Below are positions 28,076 to 36,058 of a DNA stretch of 43,606 nt, one piece after another. The notes beneath the pieces are model-generated. The model saw nothing but the letters and a program-made list of their open reading frames with translations, was not told the DNA's origin and searched no databases. Location: positions 1 to 43,606 of the forward strand of contig JBLYYU010000248.1 in NCBI GenBank assembly GCA_048550275.1. The letters run 5' to 3'. Made by a program: the position numbers and the translations under genes. This DNA is from Polyangiales bacterium (GTDB lineage Bacteria; Myxococcota_A; Polyangia; Polyangiales; Houyiibacteriaceae). How positions within the stretch are numbered: the first letter of the stretch is position 1; every line of letters begins with the position of its first letter.

Positions 28076-28507
28076 ATGAGTGCAGAAGGTCTTTCGGCGT
28101 CGAGAATCCAAATGATTCGCCTGGTTTGCTTCTTCTTCGCGTCGACATCGTTCGTCATCGGCGGCTGGATGCTGGTCGACCCGAGCTCGGCATGGGGATC
28201 GATGGGCTTGTCGGTGGCCGACGACCCCTTTGTTCCGGCGCTCTACGGAGGCGCGATCATGGGAGAAGGCGTGATGTTCGCGCTCGGCGCCGTATGGCCG
28301 ATTAGGTACCTCGTCTTCTTCCAATACTTGGTCATCTACAAGACGCTGGCCTGCCTGGCCGGCGCCGCGGTGCTCCTTCGCATGGAGCCGGCCCCGACCG
28401 GCGCCTGGCTCGTCATCGGCGGCTGGGCGTTTGCGGGATTGGTTTCAGCCGTCGTCTTTCCTTGGAAAGACTGGCCGGCTCTCCTCCACGTGCCGCGGAC
28501 CGAGTGA
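28076..28507 (+). CDS. Small integral membrane protein (about 4 TM helices), unknown function
   Basis: The ATG at 28076 gives four hydrophobic segments (IRLVCFFFASTSFVIGGWMLV, ALYGGAIMGEGVMFALGAVW, LVFFQYLVIYKTLACLAGAAVLL, AWLVIGGWAFAGLVSAVVF). It is tightly packed between the ATP-grasp and hydroxylase genes. Confidence 0.45.
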   Translation: MSAEGLSASRIQMIRLVCFFFASTSFVIGGWMLVDPSSAWGSMGLSVADDPFVPALYGGAIMGEGVMFALGAVWPIRYLVFFQYLVIYKTLACLAGAAVLLRMEPAPTGAWLVIGGWAFAGLVSAVVFPWKDWPALLHVPRTE

Positions 28508-28541
28508 AACCCGGACTGCTTGGTGTTAGAGTCCGCTTCCA

Positions 28542-29324
28542 ATGTTGGATTGGCTGCGCGAGATCTACACCGAGCCCATGTTCTGGCTCTTCCCGGTCGC
28601 GGGAACCGTCATAGGGATCGTTTCGTTCCTAGCGTTTGCCGTTCCCTTCACCCTGCTTGCGTACAAGCAACCCGCGTGGGCGGAGCCGTACCGCATCCAA
28701 GCTCGAAAGACTGGCCGGCGCTCCGTGGTTGGGCCTGCTTTTTGGCACGTGGCTCGCAACAACATGGTGATGGCGGTCGCGACCTTAGGCGCCTGGCCCT
28801 TGCTGCGGCTCTCCAACGTGCATGCAGGCCCCCTACCCGCCTGGTGGGTGATCGTCCTGCAACTGCTCTTCTTCATCGTGCTCGACGACTTCCTGTTCTA
28901 TTGGATGCACCGGAGCCTCCACGAGAGCCGTTGGCTCTTCAAGAAGGTTCACTCGACCCATCATCGGATCATGACCCCCTGGGCGATCACCGGTCACTAC
29001 ATGCACCCGGTCGAATACGTCCTTACCGGCACCGTGATGCTAGTCGGTCCCCTCCTCGTCGGCGCACACGTCGTGACGCTGTACATCTGGATCGTGCTTC
29101 GCCAGTGGGAAGCCGCCGAAGGCCACGCAGGCTACGACTTCCCCTGGAGCCCGACCCACCTGATGCCCTTCAGCGACGGCGCCACGCACCACGACTTCCA
29201 CCACGCAAAGGTCAAAGGCAACTACGCCGGGTTCTTTCCATGGACGGATGCCGCGTTTGGAACGATGTGCGCCGGGTATGCGGAGCATTTGGAAAATCGG
29301 AAGAAGCTGAAGGCAGCGGCGTAG
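28542..29324 (+). CDS. Fatty acid hydroxylase superfamily protein (sterol desaturase / C-4 methyl oxidase-like di-iron membrane enzyme)
   Basis: Histidine boxes HRSLH, HSTHHR and HHDFHH, plus HPVEY, in the order and spacing typical of the FA_hydroxylase family. There are N-terminal TM helices. Confidence 0.8.
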   Translation: MLDWLREIYTEPMFWLFPVAGTVIGIVSFLAFAVPFTLLAYKQPAWAEPYRIQARKTGRRSVVGPAFWHVARNNMVMAVATLGAWPLLRLSNVHAGPLPAWWVIVLQLLFFIVLDDFLFYWMHRSLHESRWLFKKVHSTHHRIMTPWAITGHYMHPVEYVLTGTVMLVGPLLVGAHVVTLYIWIVLRQWEAAEGHAGYDFPWSPTHLMPFSDGATHHDFHHAKVKGNYAGFFPWTDAAFGTMCAGYAEHLENRKKLKAAA

Positions 29325-29572
29325 AGATCCCGGCTCGGAAGGTCTGGAGAATCGTCATCGGAGAACGGTGCGCGACGCACGTGCTCGCGATTGGGGCCCG
29401 CTCGGCCGATCCTTACGGCTCTCTACGTCTAGCCTCCCGCCCAATCGCTGTGCCGCGCATCGCAAGCCGTTCTCCTATGTAGATGAAGACAGGGCATTAA
29501 GGTCTGTTGACGGAGACGGGCGGCGCTGCAGCGCTGTCACACTCGCCGCCATCCTCACTGGATACGAATGGA

Positions 29573-29767
29573 GGGGCGCGGAAAAAAAGGCGCGATGGGG
29601 GGCGCAGTCGACGTCGCAAGTGCCAATCCGCAAGACAGTAACCACCCCGGATTGGCGCGCGAGCCGAGGCGAGGCTTGCCTGGTCTCCGGCCCCCAGTCC
29701 GACCGACCAGAAACGCAAGCCGAGCCGGTCGGCGAAGCCCCGCGTCGCGCCTTTTTTTCCGCGCCCC
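29573..29767. repeat. 195-bp element bounded by 23-nt perfect inverted repeats, with internal hairpins
   Basis: ggggcgcggaaaaaaaggcgcga (29573-29595) is the exact reverse complement of tcgcgcctttttttccgcgcccc (29745-29767). There is an internal perfect 9-bp hairpin gccaatccg (29622-29630) / cggattggc (29648-29656). A related arm sequence recurs at 38664-38720. Confidence 0.6.
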
Positions 29768-29776
29768 GGTAGCTGA

Positions 29777-31003
29777 CTACTGCGCGTCCTTGCGCTTCTT
29801 GATATCCAGCGCCGCACGGATCCCCTTCTCGCGGATCACTTTGAGCTTGAGCCCCGTCTCGGTGAGCTTGAAGAAGCGCTTCCCATATTTCCGGAGCTTC
29901 TTCTTGTCGATCTCGAATCCTAGGCCGGGGCGCCGGAACGGAGGAAGCATGCCGTTCGCGTTTGGCAGGATAGGGTCGATGATCCCTTCACGGAACTCGG
30001 GGATCCAAGATGGCTCTTCGAGGGGGAACTCGAGCGGGTGGCTGTTCTTTCGATCGGCCAGGGCCATGTTCCAGTTCACGTAGAAGCCGATCCCGTTGGT
30101 CCAAGTGTGCGGCGAATAGGTTCGGTCGTGTTCGTGACAGGCGTCGATGACCTTCTTCACCTGAGCCATGCCACCCGCGAAACAGGCATCCGGCTGATAG
30201 ATGTCCAAGCAGTCCTTTTCGAACATGATCTTGATCTCGTCCCAACCGTGATTGAGCTCAGCGCCCGCGATTTTCACCTTCGACGCCTTCTTCAAAGCGG
30301 CGAGGCCGTCGTAGTCGTGCCAGTCGAGCGGCTCTTCGAGCCAGGAGATCCCGTTGTCGTGGCAGGCCGCTGCGAACTCGGTCGCGCGTTTCAAATCCCA
30401 GGCCGGCACACGGTCGACGATCGAAACCAGCCAACCCTGATTCGCGTCGACACCGAGGGCGAAGTCGTCGCCGATCCCTTTGCGCACAACTTCGATCTGA
30501 CGAATGTCCTCTGCGAGGTCCGGGCTCTTCACCCTTAGCTTCGCCGTCCGATACCCGTGCTCCATCATCCGAAGCAGCTCGTCGACGCGCTGCTCGGGCG
30601 GATGCACCTCGCCCGTCGACAGGTAGACCGGGAGCGGGCGCGGCGTCCCTCCGAAGAGCTCGTACACGGGCTTGCCCTCGGCCTTGCCCTTGATGTCCCA
30701 GCAAGCGGCCTCCAGCCAGAAGTTTCGCCAACCTAGGAAGCCCGCCTGCTTCAGCAAGTCCTGAACGCGATCGATGTCGGTCGGATCACTGCCGAGAAGG
30801 TAGCCGCCGAGCAGGTCCCCGAGCCCCTGGCGCTCGGTGCCCATCGACTGGCCGGCCGCGTAACCCTCGATACCGTCATTGGTGACGAGCTTCGCGAGCG
30901 TGAACCGGTTGTGCGTTTGTGGATAGCCCGGAATCCACGAGGGCCAGAAGGTTTGGCGCAACGGGACCGAGACATGAAAGAGCTCGATGGAGGTGATCCG
31001 CAT
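29777..31003 (-). CDS. Enolase-superfamily enzyme (mandelate racemase/muconate lactonising/acid-sugar dehydratase-like)
   Basis: MRITSIELFHVSVPL capping domain. Barrel motifs LGVDANQGW, ISWLEEPL, AGAELNHGW, DIYQPDACFAGGM and SPHTW correspond to the metal ligands and catalytic residues of the family. Confidence 0.8.
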   Translation of the reverse strand: MRITSIELFHVSVPLRQTFWPSWIPGYPQTHNRFTLAKLVTNDGIEGYAAGQSMGTERQGLGDLLGGYLLGSDPTDIDRVQDLLKQAGFLGWRNFWLEAACWDIKGKAEGKPVYELFGGTPRPLPVYLSTGEVHPPEQRVDELLRMMEHGYRTAKLRVKSPDLAEDIRQIEVVRKGIGDDFALGVDANQGWLVSIVDRVPAWDLKRATEFAAACHDNGISWLEEPLDWHDYDGLAALKKASKVKIAGAELNHGWDEIKIMFEKDCLDIYQPDACFAGGMAQVKKVIDACHEHDRTYSPHTWTNGIGFYVNWNMALADRKNSHPLEFPLEEPSWIPEFREGIIDPILPNANGMLPPFRRPGLGFEIDKKKLRKYGKRFFKLTETGLKLKVIREKGIRAALDIKKRKDAQ

Positions 31004-31020
31004 TTCGGCGAGTGCAGCCC

Positions 31021-32397
31021 TTAGGCAGCCGACTCCGGAATCTCGGGAGTGTCGATCGCGGAGATCGCCGCGTCGACGTCGTCCTGGCTGAGCTCGTGAC
31101 GATGCAGCTTGCCTGCGAAGTAGGCCTCGTACGAGGACATGTCGAAGTGGCCGTGGCCGCAGAGGTTGAACAGAATGACCCGCTTTTTGCCCTCTTCCTT
31201 GGCTTCATTCGCCTGCCGAATCGCGGCCGCGACGCCGTGGTTGGCCTCGGGGGCTGGGATGATGCCTTCGGCGCGGGCGAAAAGCACACCCGCTTCGAAG
31301 CTCTCGATCTGATCGATCGCCTCGGCCTCGATCAAGTCGTCGTGGAGGAGCTGACTGACCAGCGCACCCGCACCGTGATAGCGCAAGCCGCCTGCATGGA
31401 TTTTCGCCGGGACGAAGTTGTGACCCAAGGTGTACATCGGAATCAGCGGTGTCATGCCGATGGTGTCGCCGAAGTCGTAGCGGAACACGCCACGAGTGAG
31501 CTTCGGACAGGACGTGGGCTCGACCGCCAGGCAGCGGATGTTCTTCCCCTCCACGAAATTCATTCGAAGGAACGGGAAGCTGAGGCCGGCGAAGTTCGAG
31601 CCACCGCCAAACGGGGCTATCACCACATCTGGAAGCTCGCCCGCCTTTTCCATCTGCTTGATCGCCTCTTGGCCGACGACCGTCTGATGCGTGAGCACGT
31701 GGTTGAGCACGCTCCCGAGCGAGTACTTGGTGTCCGGATCGCTGGCGGCGCGCTCCACGGCCTCGGAAATCGCGATCCCGAGGCTTCCCGGTGAATCCGG
31801 ATCGCCAGCGAGGATCTTCCTGCCCGCTTCGGTCTGCGGGCTAGGCGAAGGGATCACCTCGGCCCCCCAGGTGTTCATCATCAGCTTACGGTATGGCTTC
31901 TGATCGTAGCTGATGCGTACCATGTAGACTTCACAGCCCACACCGAAATGCTGGCAGGCATAGCTCAAGGCGCTTCCCCATTGGCCGGCCCCGGTCTCGG
32001 TCGTGATTCTCTTCACGCCCTCTTGCTTGTTGTAATAGGCCTGCGCGACGGCAGTGTTCGGCTTGTGCGAACCGGCCGGACTGACGCCTTCGTACTTGTA
32101 GTAAATGTGCGCAGGCGTATCGAGCGCCTTTTCGAGCCCATAGGCCCGAAACATCGGAGACGGTCGCCACTGCGTGTAGATCTGCCGGACCTCGTCGGGA
32201 ATCGGAATCCAACGGTCCTGGCTGACTTCCTGCTCGATTAGAGCCATTGGGAAGAGCGGCGCCAAAGCCTCCGGGCCAATCGGCTCCTGGGTCGCCGGGT
32301 TGAGCGGCGGCAACGGCTTGTTCGGCATGTCCGCGACAATGTTGTACCAACGCTCGGGGATTTCGTTCTCTTCGAGAGTGATCTTGGTTTGCTTCAT
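31021..32397 (-). CDS. trpB2: TrpB-like PLP-dependent enzyme, type 2 (TrpB2)
   Basis: [54 protein letters not shown] (PLP Lys), [12 protein letters not shown] and GGGSNFAG. There is no trpA or other trp gene nearby. Confidence 0.9.
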   Translation of the reverse strand: MKQTKITLEENEIPERWYNIVADMPNKPLPPLNPATQEPIGPEALAPLFPMALIEQEVSQDRWIPIPDEVRQIYTQWRPSPMFRAYGLEKALDTPAHIYYKYEGVSPAGSHKPNTAVAQAYYNKQEGVKRITTETGAGQWGSALSYACQHFGVGCEVYMVRISYDQKPYRKLMMNTWGAEVIPSPSPQTEAGRKILAGDPDSPGSLGIAISEAVERAASDPDTKYSLGSVLNHVLTHQTVVGQEAIKQMEKAGELPDVVIAPFGGGSNFAGLSFPFLRMNFVEGKNIRCLAVEPTSCPKLTRGVFRYDFGDTIGMTPLIPMYTLGHNFVPAKIHAGGLRYHGAGALVSQLLHDDLIEAEAIDQIESFEAGVLFARAEGIIPAPEANHGVAAAIRQANEAKEEGKKRVILFNLCGHGHFDMSSYEAYFAGKLHRHELSQDDVDAAISAIDTPEIPESAA

Positions 32398-32478
32398 GGC
32401 GTCGGGGAGCCTACCAGCGCTTTGCCTCGTAGACGACCCCTAGATCGACCAGTTCGACCAGAAAGCACATCCGGCCAA

Positions 32479-33780
32479 ATGACCCAGCCCCAAGCTCCTC
32501 AGCTCCGCCGTTCCCTCGGGTTTTGGGCTCTGGTTTTCTATGGCGTAGGCGACATCCTGGGCGCCGGAATCTATGCCCTCGTCGGCAAGGTGGCTGGGGT
32601 CGCGGGAAGCGCTAGCTGGGCGGCGTTCGGCGTCGCTCTTTTCGTAGCCGGCCTGACCGCCCTCACCTACGCCGAGCTCGGCGGCCGCTTCCCGAGGAGC
32701 GCCGGCGAGTCCTTCTTCACCGAGCAGGCGTTCGGGCGCCCCGGCCTGGCCCTTCTCGTCGGCTGGGTGGTTCTTTGTTCGGGCATTCTGTCCTTGGCGA
32801 CCGTTTCGGTCGCGTTCGGCGGCTACATGAGCGGGCTCCTCCCCGGGCTCCCTCCATCGGTCACCATCGTCGGGATTCTACTCCTGCTCGCTGCGATCAA
32901 CTTCCGAGGCATGCGAGAGTCGTCCACCACCAACATCATCGCCACCATGGTCGAGCTAACCGGTCTATTGATCGTGATTGTGGCAGGTGCCCTCTTCCTC
33001 GGACGCGACTCCGCTTCTGGCATCGCCCAAACCATCGAGAGCAGTCGCAGCGTCGGGTGGACAGAGATCGCCAGCGGGGCCGCGCTAGGGTTTTTCGCCT
33101 TCATCGGGTTCGAAGACATGGTCAACGTCGCCGAAGAGGTGAAGGACCCGGAGCGCAACATGCCGCGCGCGATTCTGATTGCACTTTGCGTCACGGGCGT
33201 CGTCTATTTGCTGGTAGTGCTCGTCGCGACGAGCGTCGTTGCGCCCGCCGTGCTTGCCGACTCAGAAGCGCCACTCCTCTCGGTCGTTCAACGAGCCACG
33301 GACGTCGTCCCCGATCGTCTCTTCGCGACGATCGCGCTCTTCGCAGTTGCCAACACGGGCTTGCTCAACTTCATCATGGGCTCGCGCCTGATCTACGGCA
33401 TGTCGCGACAAGGACTTCTACCGGCGGCGCTCGGCAAGGTTCACCCTAGACGGCGCACTCCGCACCTCGCCATCCTCGCGGTTCTAGGCGTTGCCCTGGT
33501 TCTGGCGCTCTCGGGCACGCTCTCCTACCTCGCCGGCACGACGAGCCTGCTCCTGCTTCTGGTCTTCTTCACGGTCAACGTCTCGCTCGCAACAATCAAG
33601 CGGCGCGACCGGGGCGCGATACGCACATTTTGCGCGCCTCGACTCGTGCCGATCGCGGGTGCGCTGAGCTGTCTTGGCTTGATGCCATTCGTGCCCCGAG
33701 GTTCGCTCCTGACGGCCGCAACCATTCTCACGCTAGGCGCGGGCCTGGTGGCCCATCGCGGCCGGACGCGAGCCGCCTAG
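32479..33780 (+). CDS. APC-superfamily amino acid permease
   Basis: The ATG at 32479 gives MTQPQAPQLRRSLGFWALVFYGVGDILGAGIYALVGKVAG, the typical APC TM1 with its GxG unwound motif. About 12 hydrophobic segments follow. Confidence 0.8.
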   Translation: MTQPQAPQLRRSLGFWALVFYGVGDILGAGIYALVGKVAGVAGSASWAAFGVALFVAGLTALTYAELGGRFPRSAGESFFTEQAFGRPGLALLVGWVVLCSGILSLATVSVAFGGYMSGLLPGLPPSVTIVGILLLLAAINFRGMRESSTTNIIATMVELTGLLIVIVAGALFLGRDSASGIAQTIESSRSVGWTEIASGAALGFFAFIGFEDMVNVAEEVKDPERNMPRAILIALCVTGVVYLLVVLVATSVVAPAVLADSEAPLLSVVQRATDVVPDRLFATIALFAVANTGLLNFIMGSRLIYGMSRQGLLPAALGKVHPRRRTPHLAILAVLGVALVLALSGTLSYLAGTTSLLLLLVFFTVNVSLATIKRRDRGAIRTFCAPRLVPIAGALSCLGLMPFVPRGSLLTAATILTLGAGLVAHRGRTRAA

Positions 33781-34052
33781 TCGTCTTCGGGCTTGGGCGC
33801 TGCGTGCGGAATCGAGGGCCGAAATTCGGCCTTGCGAAGGTCGATAAACACGATGACCAGGAACAGGGCGAATGATAGCGTGCCAATACCTTGGCCGACC
33901 GACATCGCCATCATCACGGGAATCCAACCCTGGTCGAAAAGCGACCAGCTCATCAGCGCCAGGCCGATCAGCCCGAGCCAGCAAGCCCAGACCATGAGCT
34001 TCGAGCGCGACGCCGTGTCGAGGAACTTCGTGATTCGGGCTTTCGCGTTCAT
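33777..34052 (-). CDS. Small two-TM membrane protein, coupled to the NapC/NirT-like cytochrome gene
   Basis: 91 aa with two hydrophobic helices (LMVWACWLGLIGLALMSWSLF, IGTLSFALFLVIVFI). The ATG overlaps the upstream stop (ATGA at 34049-34052). Confidence 0.45.
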   Translation of the reverse strand: MNAKARITKFLDTASRSKLMVWACWLGLIGLALMSWSLFDQGWIPVMMAMSVGQGIGTLSFALFLVIVFIDLRKAEFRPSIPHAAPKPEDD

Positions 34053-34726
34053 GTCCCCTCCGGTGCTGGCGTTTGGAGCGCCGAATGTGCCTCACCATCG
34101 GATGGAGTTTCCTCTTCCGGCTTGCTAAAAGGATGCGCGTAGCCATGGCAACCCGCACTCACGCAGCTCGTCTCGCCGGTGCGCAGGTCGTCGAGAAGCC
34201 CGACGTGGTCCTGTGTGCCGTTCCAGATGCTCCCGGTCGTGCTGTGGCACTGCATGCAGTTGTCGTTCTTGAAGGGTCGCACGATGTGAATCTTCTCGAT
34301 GACCTCGTCGCGATCGTAGAACATCCACTCGCTGAGGAACTTGTAGACGTGGCCCATGCCGCCGATCTTGGTCATGGCGTAGCCGAACATCCCGTAGTCT
34401 TTGTGGCAGACGTAACAGCTCTTCTTGCCGAACTTGTGGCTGCGCGAATGAATGGCAGCGAGGGACTCGCTCTCCGAATCGTTCGCGTCCTCGATCCACA
34501 TGTCCATGGTGTGGCAACTGCCGCAGAACCCCTGACGCTCGGTCGCTGCGAGGCCCTCCATGTTGCCGATCATTGCGACCATGATCGGCAGCACGCCGAC
34601 GCCGAGCACCATCACCGACTTGCCCGCGGCGTCGAGTGGCGGCCGGCGGATCAAGTAGTAGAGCATGATGCCTGCCGCAACGATTGCGCAGGCGAGGCCG
34701 ATCCAGGAAAGAGGCGATACGTGCAT
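34049..34726 (-). CDS. Membrane-anchored NapC/NirT/NrfH-like multiheme cytochrome c (3 CXXCH plus 1 CX4CH)
   Basis: Two N-terminal hydrophobic helices, then FCGSCHTM (the C-x-SCH-x-M context typical of NapC/NrfH heme 1), CYVCH, CMQCH and CVSAGCH. Confidence 0.75.
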   Translation of the reverse strand: MHVSPLSWIGLACAIVAAGIMLYYLIRRPPLDAAGKSVMVLGVGVLPIMVAMIGNMEGLAATERQGFCGSCHTMDMWIEDANDSESESLAAIHSRSHKFGKKSCYVCHKDYGMFGYAMTKIGGMGHVYKFLSEWMFYDRDEVIEKIHIVRPFKNDNCMQCHSTTGSIWNGTQDHVGLLDDLRTGETSCVSAGCHGYAHPFSKPEEETPSDGEAHSALQTPAPEGT

Positions 34727-34732
34727 GGTTCA

Positions 34733-36058
34733 GTGGGCTCACCGCGGCGACGCGCGGAGCAGCATGACCATGATCCAGGATCGGGTCGCAATGCAAGCGA
34801 GAAGATCGGCCACGCAGCCCGCTGGGCGCTCGGACTCGCAGCCGCAATTGCCTTGACGTTTGCTGGGACGGTTCTGACGCCGCCTTCCACCGCTGGCGCC
34901 CAGCCTCACAGTGTGGGCGCGGAGCTTTGGGGGCAGCTCGACCCCAATGTCGGACTGATCGTCATAGAAGGATCGACGAAGAAGTATCCGTACGTCGACG
35001 CCGAAGCACTCGTCTGGGGTGGCGCGGGTTCTCCCCAATACGGCCTGCGTGGCAATGAGGCAACCTTCGAAGCACTCGTGGTTTCGCTCCGAGTGCGTGA
35101 TCCGAAAGGGATCAGCGATGCACGGCTAGGGCGGTTCATTCTCGGAACCGGCGCTGTCCGGGCCCAGCACATCGACGGCGGGCACCTCACACTGCGCGCG
35201 CCGTCGAAGACCCACTTCGAGGTGTTTGGCGGAGTGCCGGTAGACGGCAATCTCGACGGGCGCAGGTACGACTGGATTGCCGGCGGTCGAATCTCGCAAG
35301 GGCTCGGAAAGATCGGCGTGATCGGCGGCTCTTACTACAACCGCTACAACGCCGGACAGCGTTCAGACGAAGAAGTAGGTGTGGACTTCTCCTTGCGCGC
35401 AGCGAGCTGGCTAGACATGGCCGCCAAGTTCTCGTGGGAGATTGTGAACCCGGGTCTCGCAGAGGTGCTCGCCACCATTTCGTCGCAGACCAACAATCGG
35501 AAATTCCGAGGAGAGCTCTTCGCGAGCAAACGCAATCCCACGCGCTTCCTGCAGCAGACTTCGCTGTTCACGGTCCTGGGAGACCTCGGGACCCTGAAAA
35601 CCGGTGCGAATCTTTTCTGGCGTGCGGCGCCGCGGCTCGACCTCACGATGGAAGGAGCGGCACAGCAGGCCTCGAACCAATGGGGCTGGAGCGGCTATCT
35701 TCGAGGGCTCTTACGAACCGACGATGAGGGCAAGGGCAGCGTCCTTGGCGAGCTGCGACGGCAACAGGTCGCCGACTCCCGGTGGACGGGAATCCGACTC
35801 GCTTCGGTGATTCAGCTCTTCGAAGACGTGCGCCAAACCGTCGGGCTGATGCCCGAATTCGAGGTCATCATTCCGGACGACCGGAACTCCGTCACCGGGC
35901 GGGCCTGGCCATGGGGTCGGCTCGCGCTGCGCTATCAGCACGAGTCTGGATGGACCTTCGCGGCCGCGGCGGAGGCAAGCGCCAACCAAGTTCAGCGGCT
36001 CGACGTCCGAGGGCTCGCTCGAGTCGCCTATCAGCGCACATGGCACGGGAAGAAATGA
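34733..36058 (+). CDS. Exported protein, candidate outer-membrane beta-barrel (porin-like partner of the downstream cytochromes)
   Basis: Signal-peptide-like ARWALGLAAAIALTFAGTVLTPPSTAGA. Many short amphipathic stretches rich in Gly/Tyr/Trp/Arg (IGVIGGSYYNRYN, VGVDFSLRAA, AKFSWEIV, WGWSGYLRGLLR, GRLALRYQHE, WTFAAAAEAS). The C-terminus is LARVAYQRTW-HGKK. There is no ATG, so the start is GTG at 34733 or 34721. The stop overlaps the next ATG (ATGA). Confidence 0.45.
   Translation: MGSPRRRAEQHDHDPGSGRNASEKIGHAARWALGLAAAIALTFAGTVLTPPSTAGAQPHSVGAELWGQLDPNVGLIVIEGSTKKYPYVDAEALVWGGAGSPQYGLRGNEATFEALVVSLRVRDPKGISDARLGRFILGTGAVRAQHIDGGHLTLRAPSKTHFEVFGGVPVDGNLDGRRYDWIAGGRISQGLGKIGVIGGSYYNRYNAGQRSDEEVGVDFSLRAASWLDMAAKFSWEIVNPGLAEVLATISSQTNNRKFRGELFASKRNPTRFLQQTSLFTVLGDLGTLKTGANLFWRAAPRLDLTMEGAAQQASNQWGWSGYLRGLLRTDDEGKGSVLGELRRQQVADSRWTGIRLASVIQLFEDVRQTVGLMPEFEVIIPDDRNSVTGRAWPWGRLALRYQHESGWTFAAAAEASANQVQRLDVRGLARVAYQRTWHGKK

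Noticed and set aside
29573-29767. The idea that the inverted-repeat unit is a known RNA (6S RNA, SRP RNA, a riboswitch) or an IS element.
   Set aside because: A 23-bp perfect closing stem with an A7/U7 run is not the 6S or SRP architecture I know. There is no downstream gene for a riboswitch, since both neighbours converge on it. No transposase ORF or obvious target-site duplication is present. I kept it only as an unclassified repeat.
29368-29772. 134-aa ORF filling the large intergenic gap.
   Set aside because: The product is Arg-rich and low-complexity, with no start-site support. The region is better explained by nested inverted repeats, so I treat it as non-coding.
34073-34732. Upstream 220 aa of the 661-aa ORF that contains the barrel candidate.
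   Set aside because: It is antisense to the NapC/NirT-like cytochrome gene, which has four heme sites. A signal-peptide-like segment appears only after 34733.
35782-36054. 91-aa N-terminal extension of the 13-heme cytochrome ORF. A similar 9-aa extension exists at 37083-37109, and a 15-aa extension at 39781-39825.
   Set aside because: The extensions overlap the preceding gene. Internal ATGs give canonical signal peptides and ATGA stop/start coupling, and 37110 also has a GGAGG SD.
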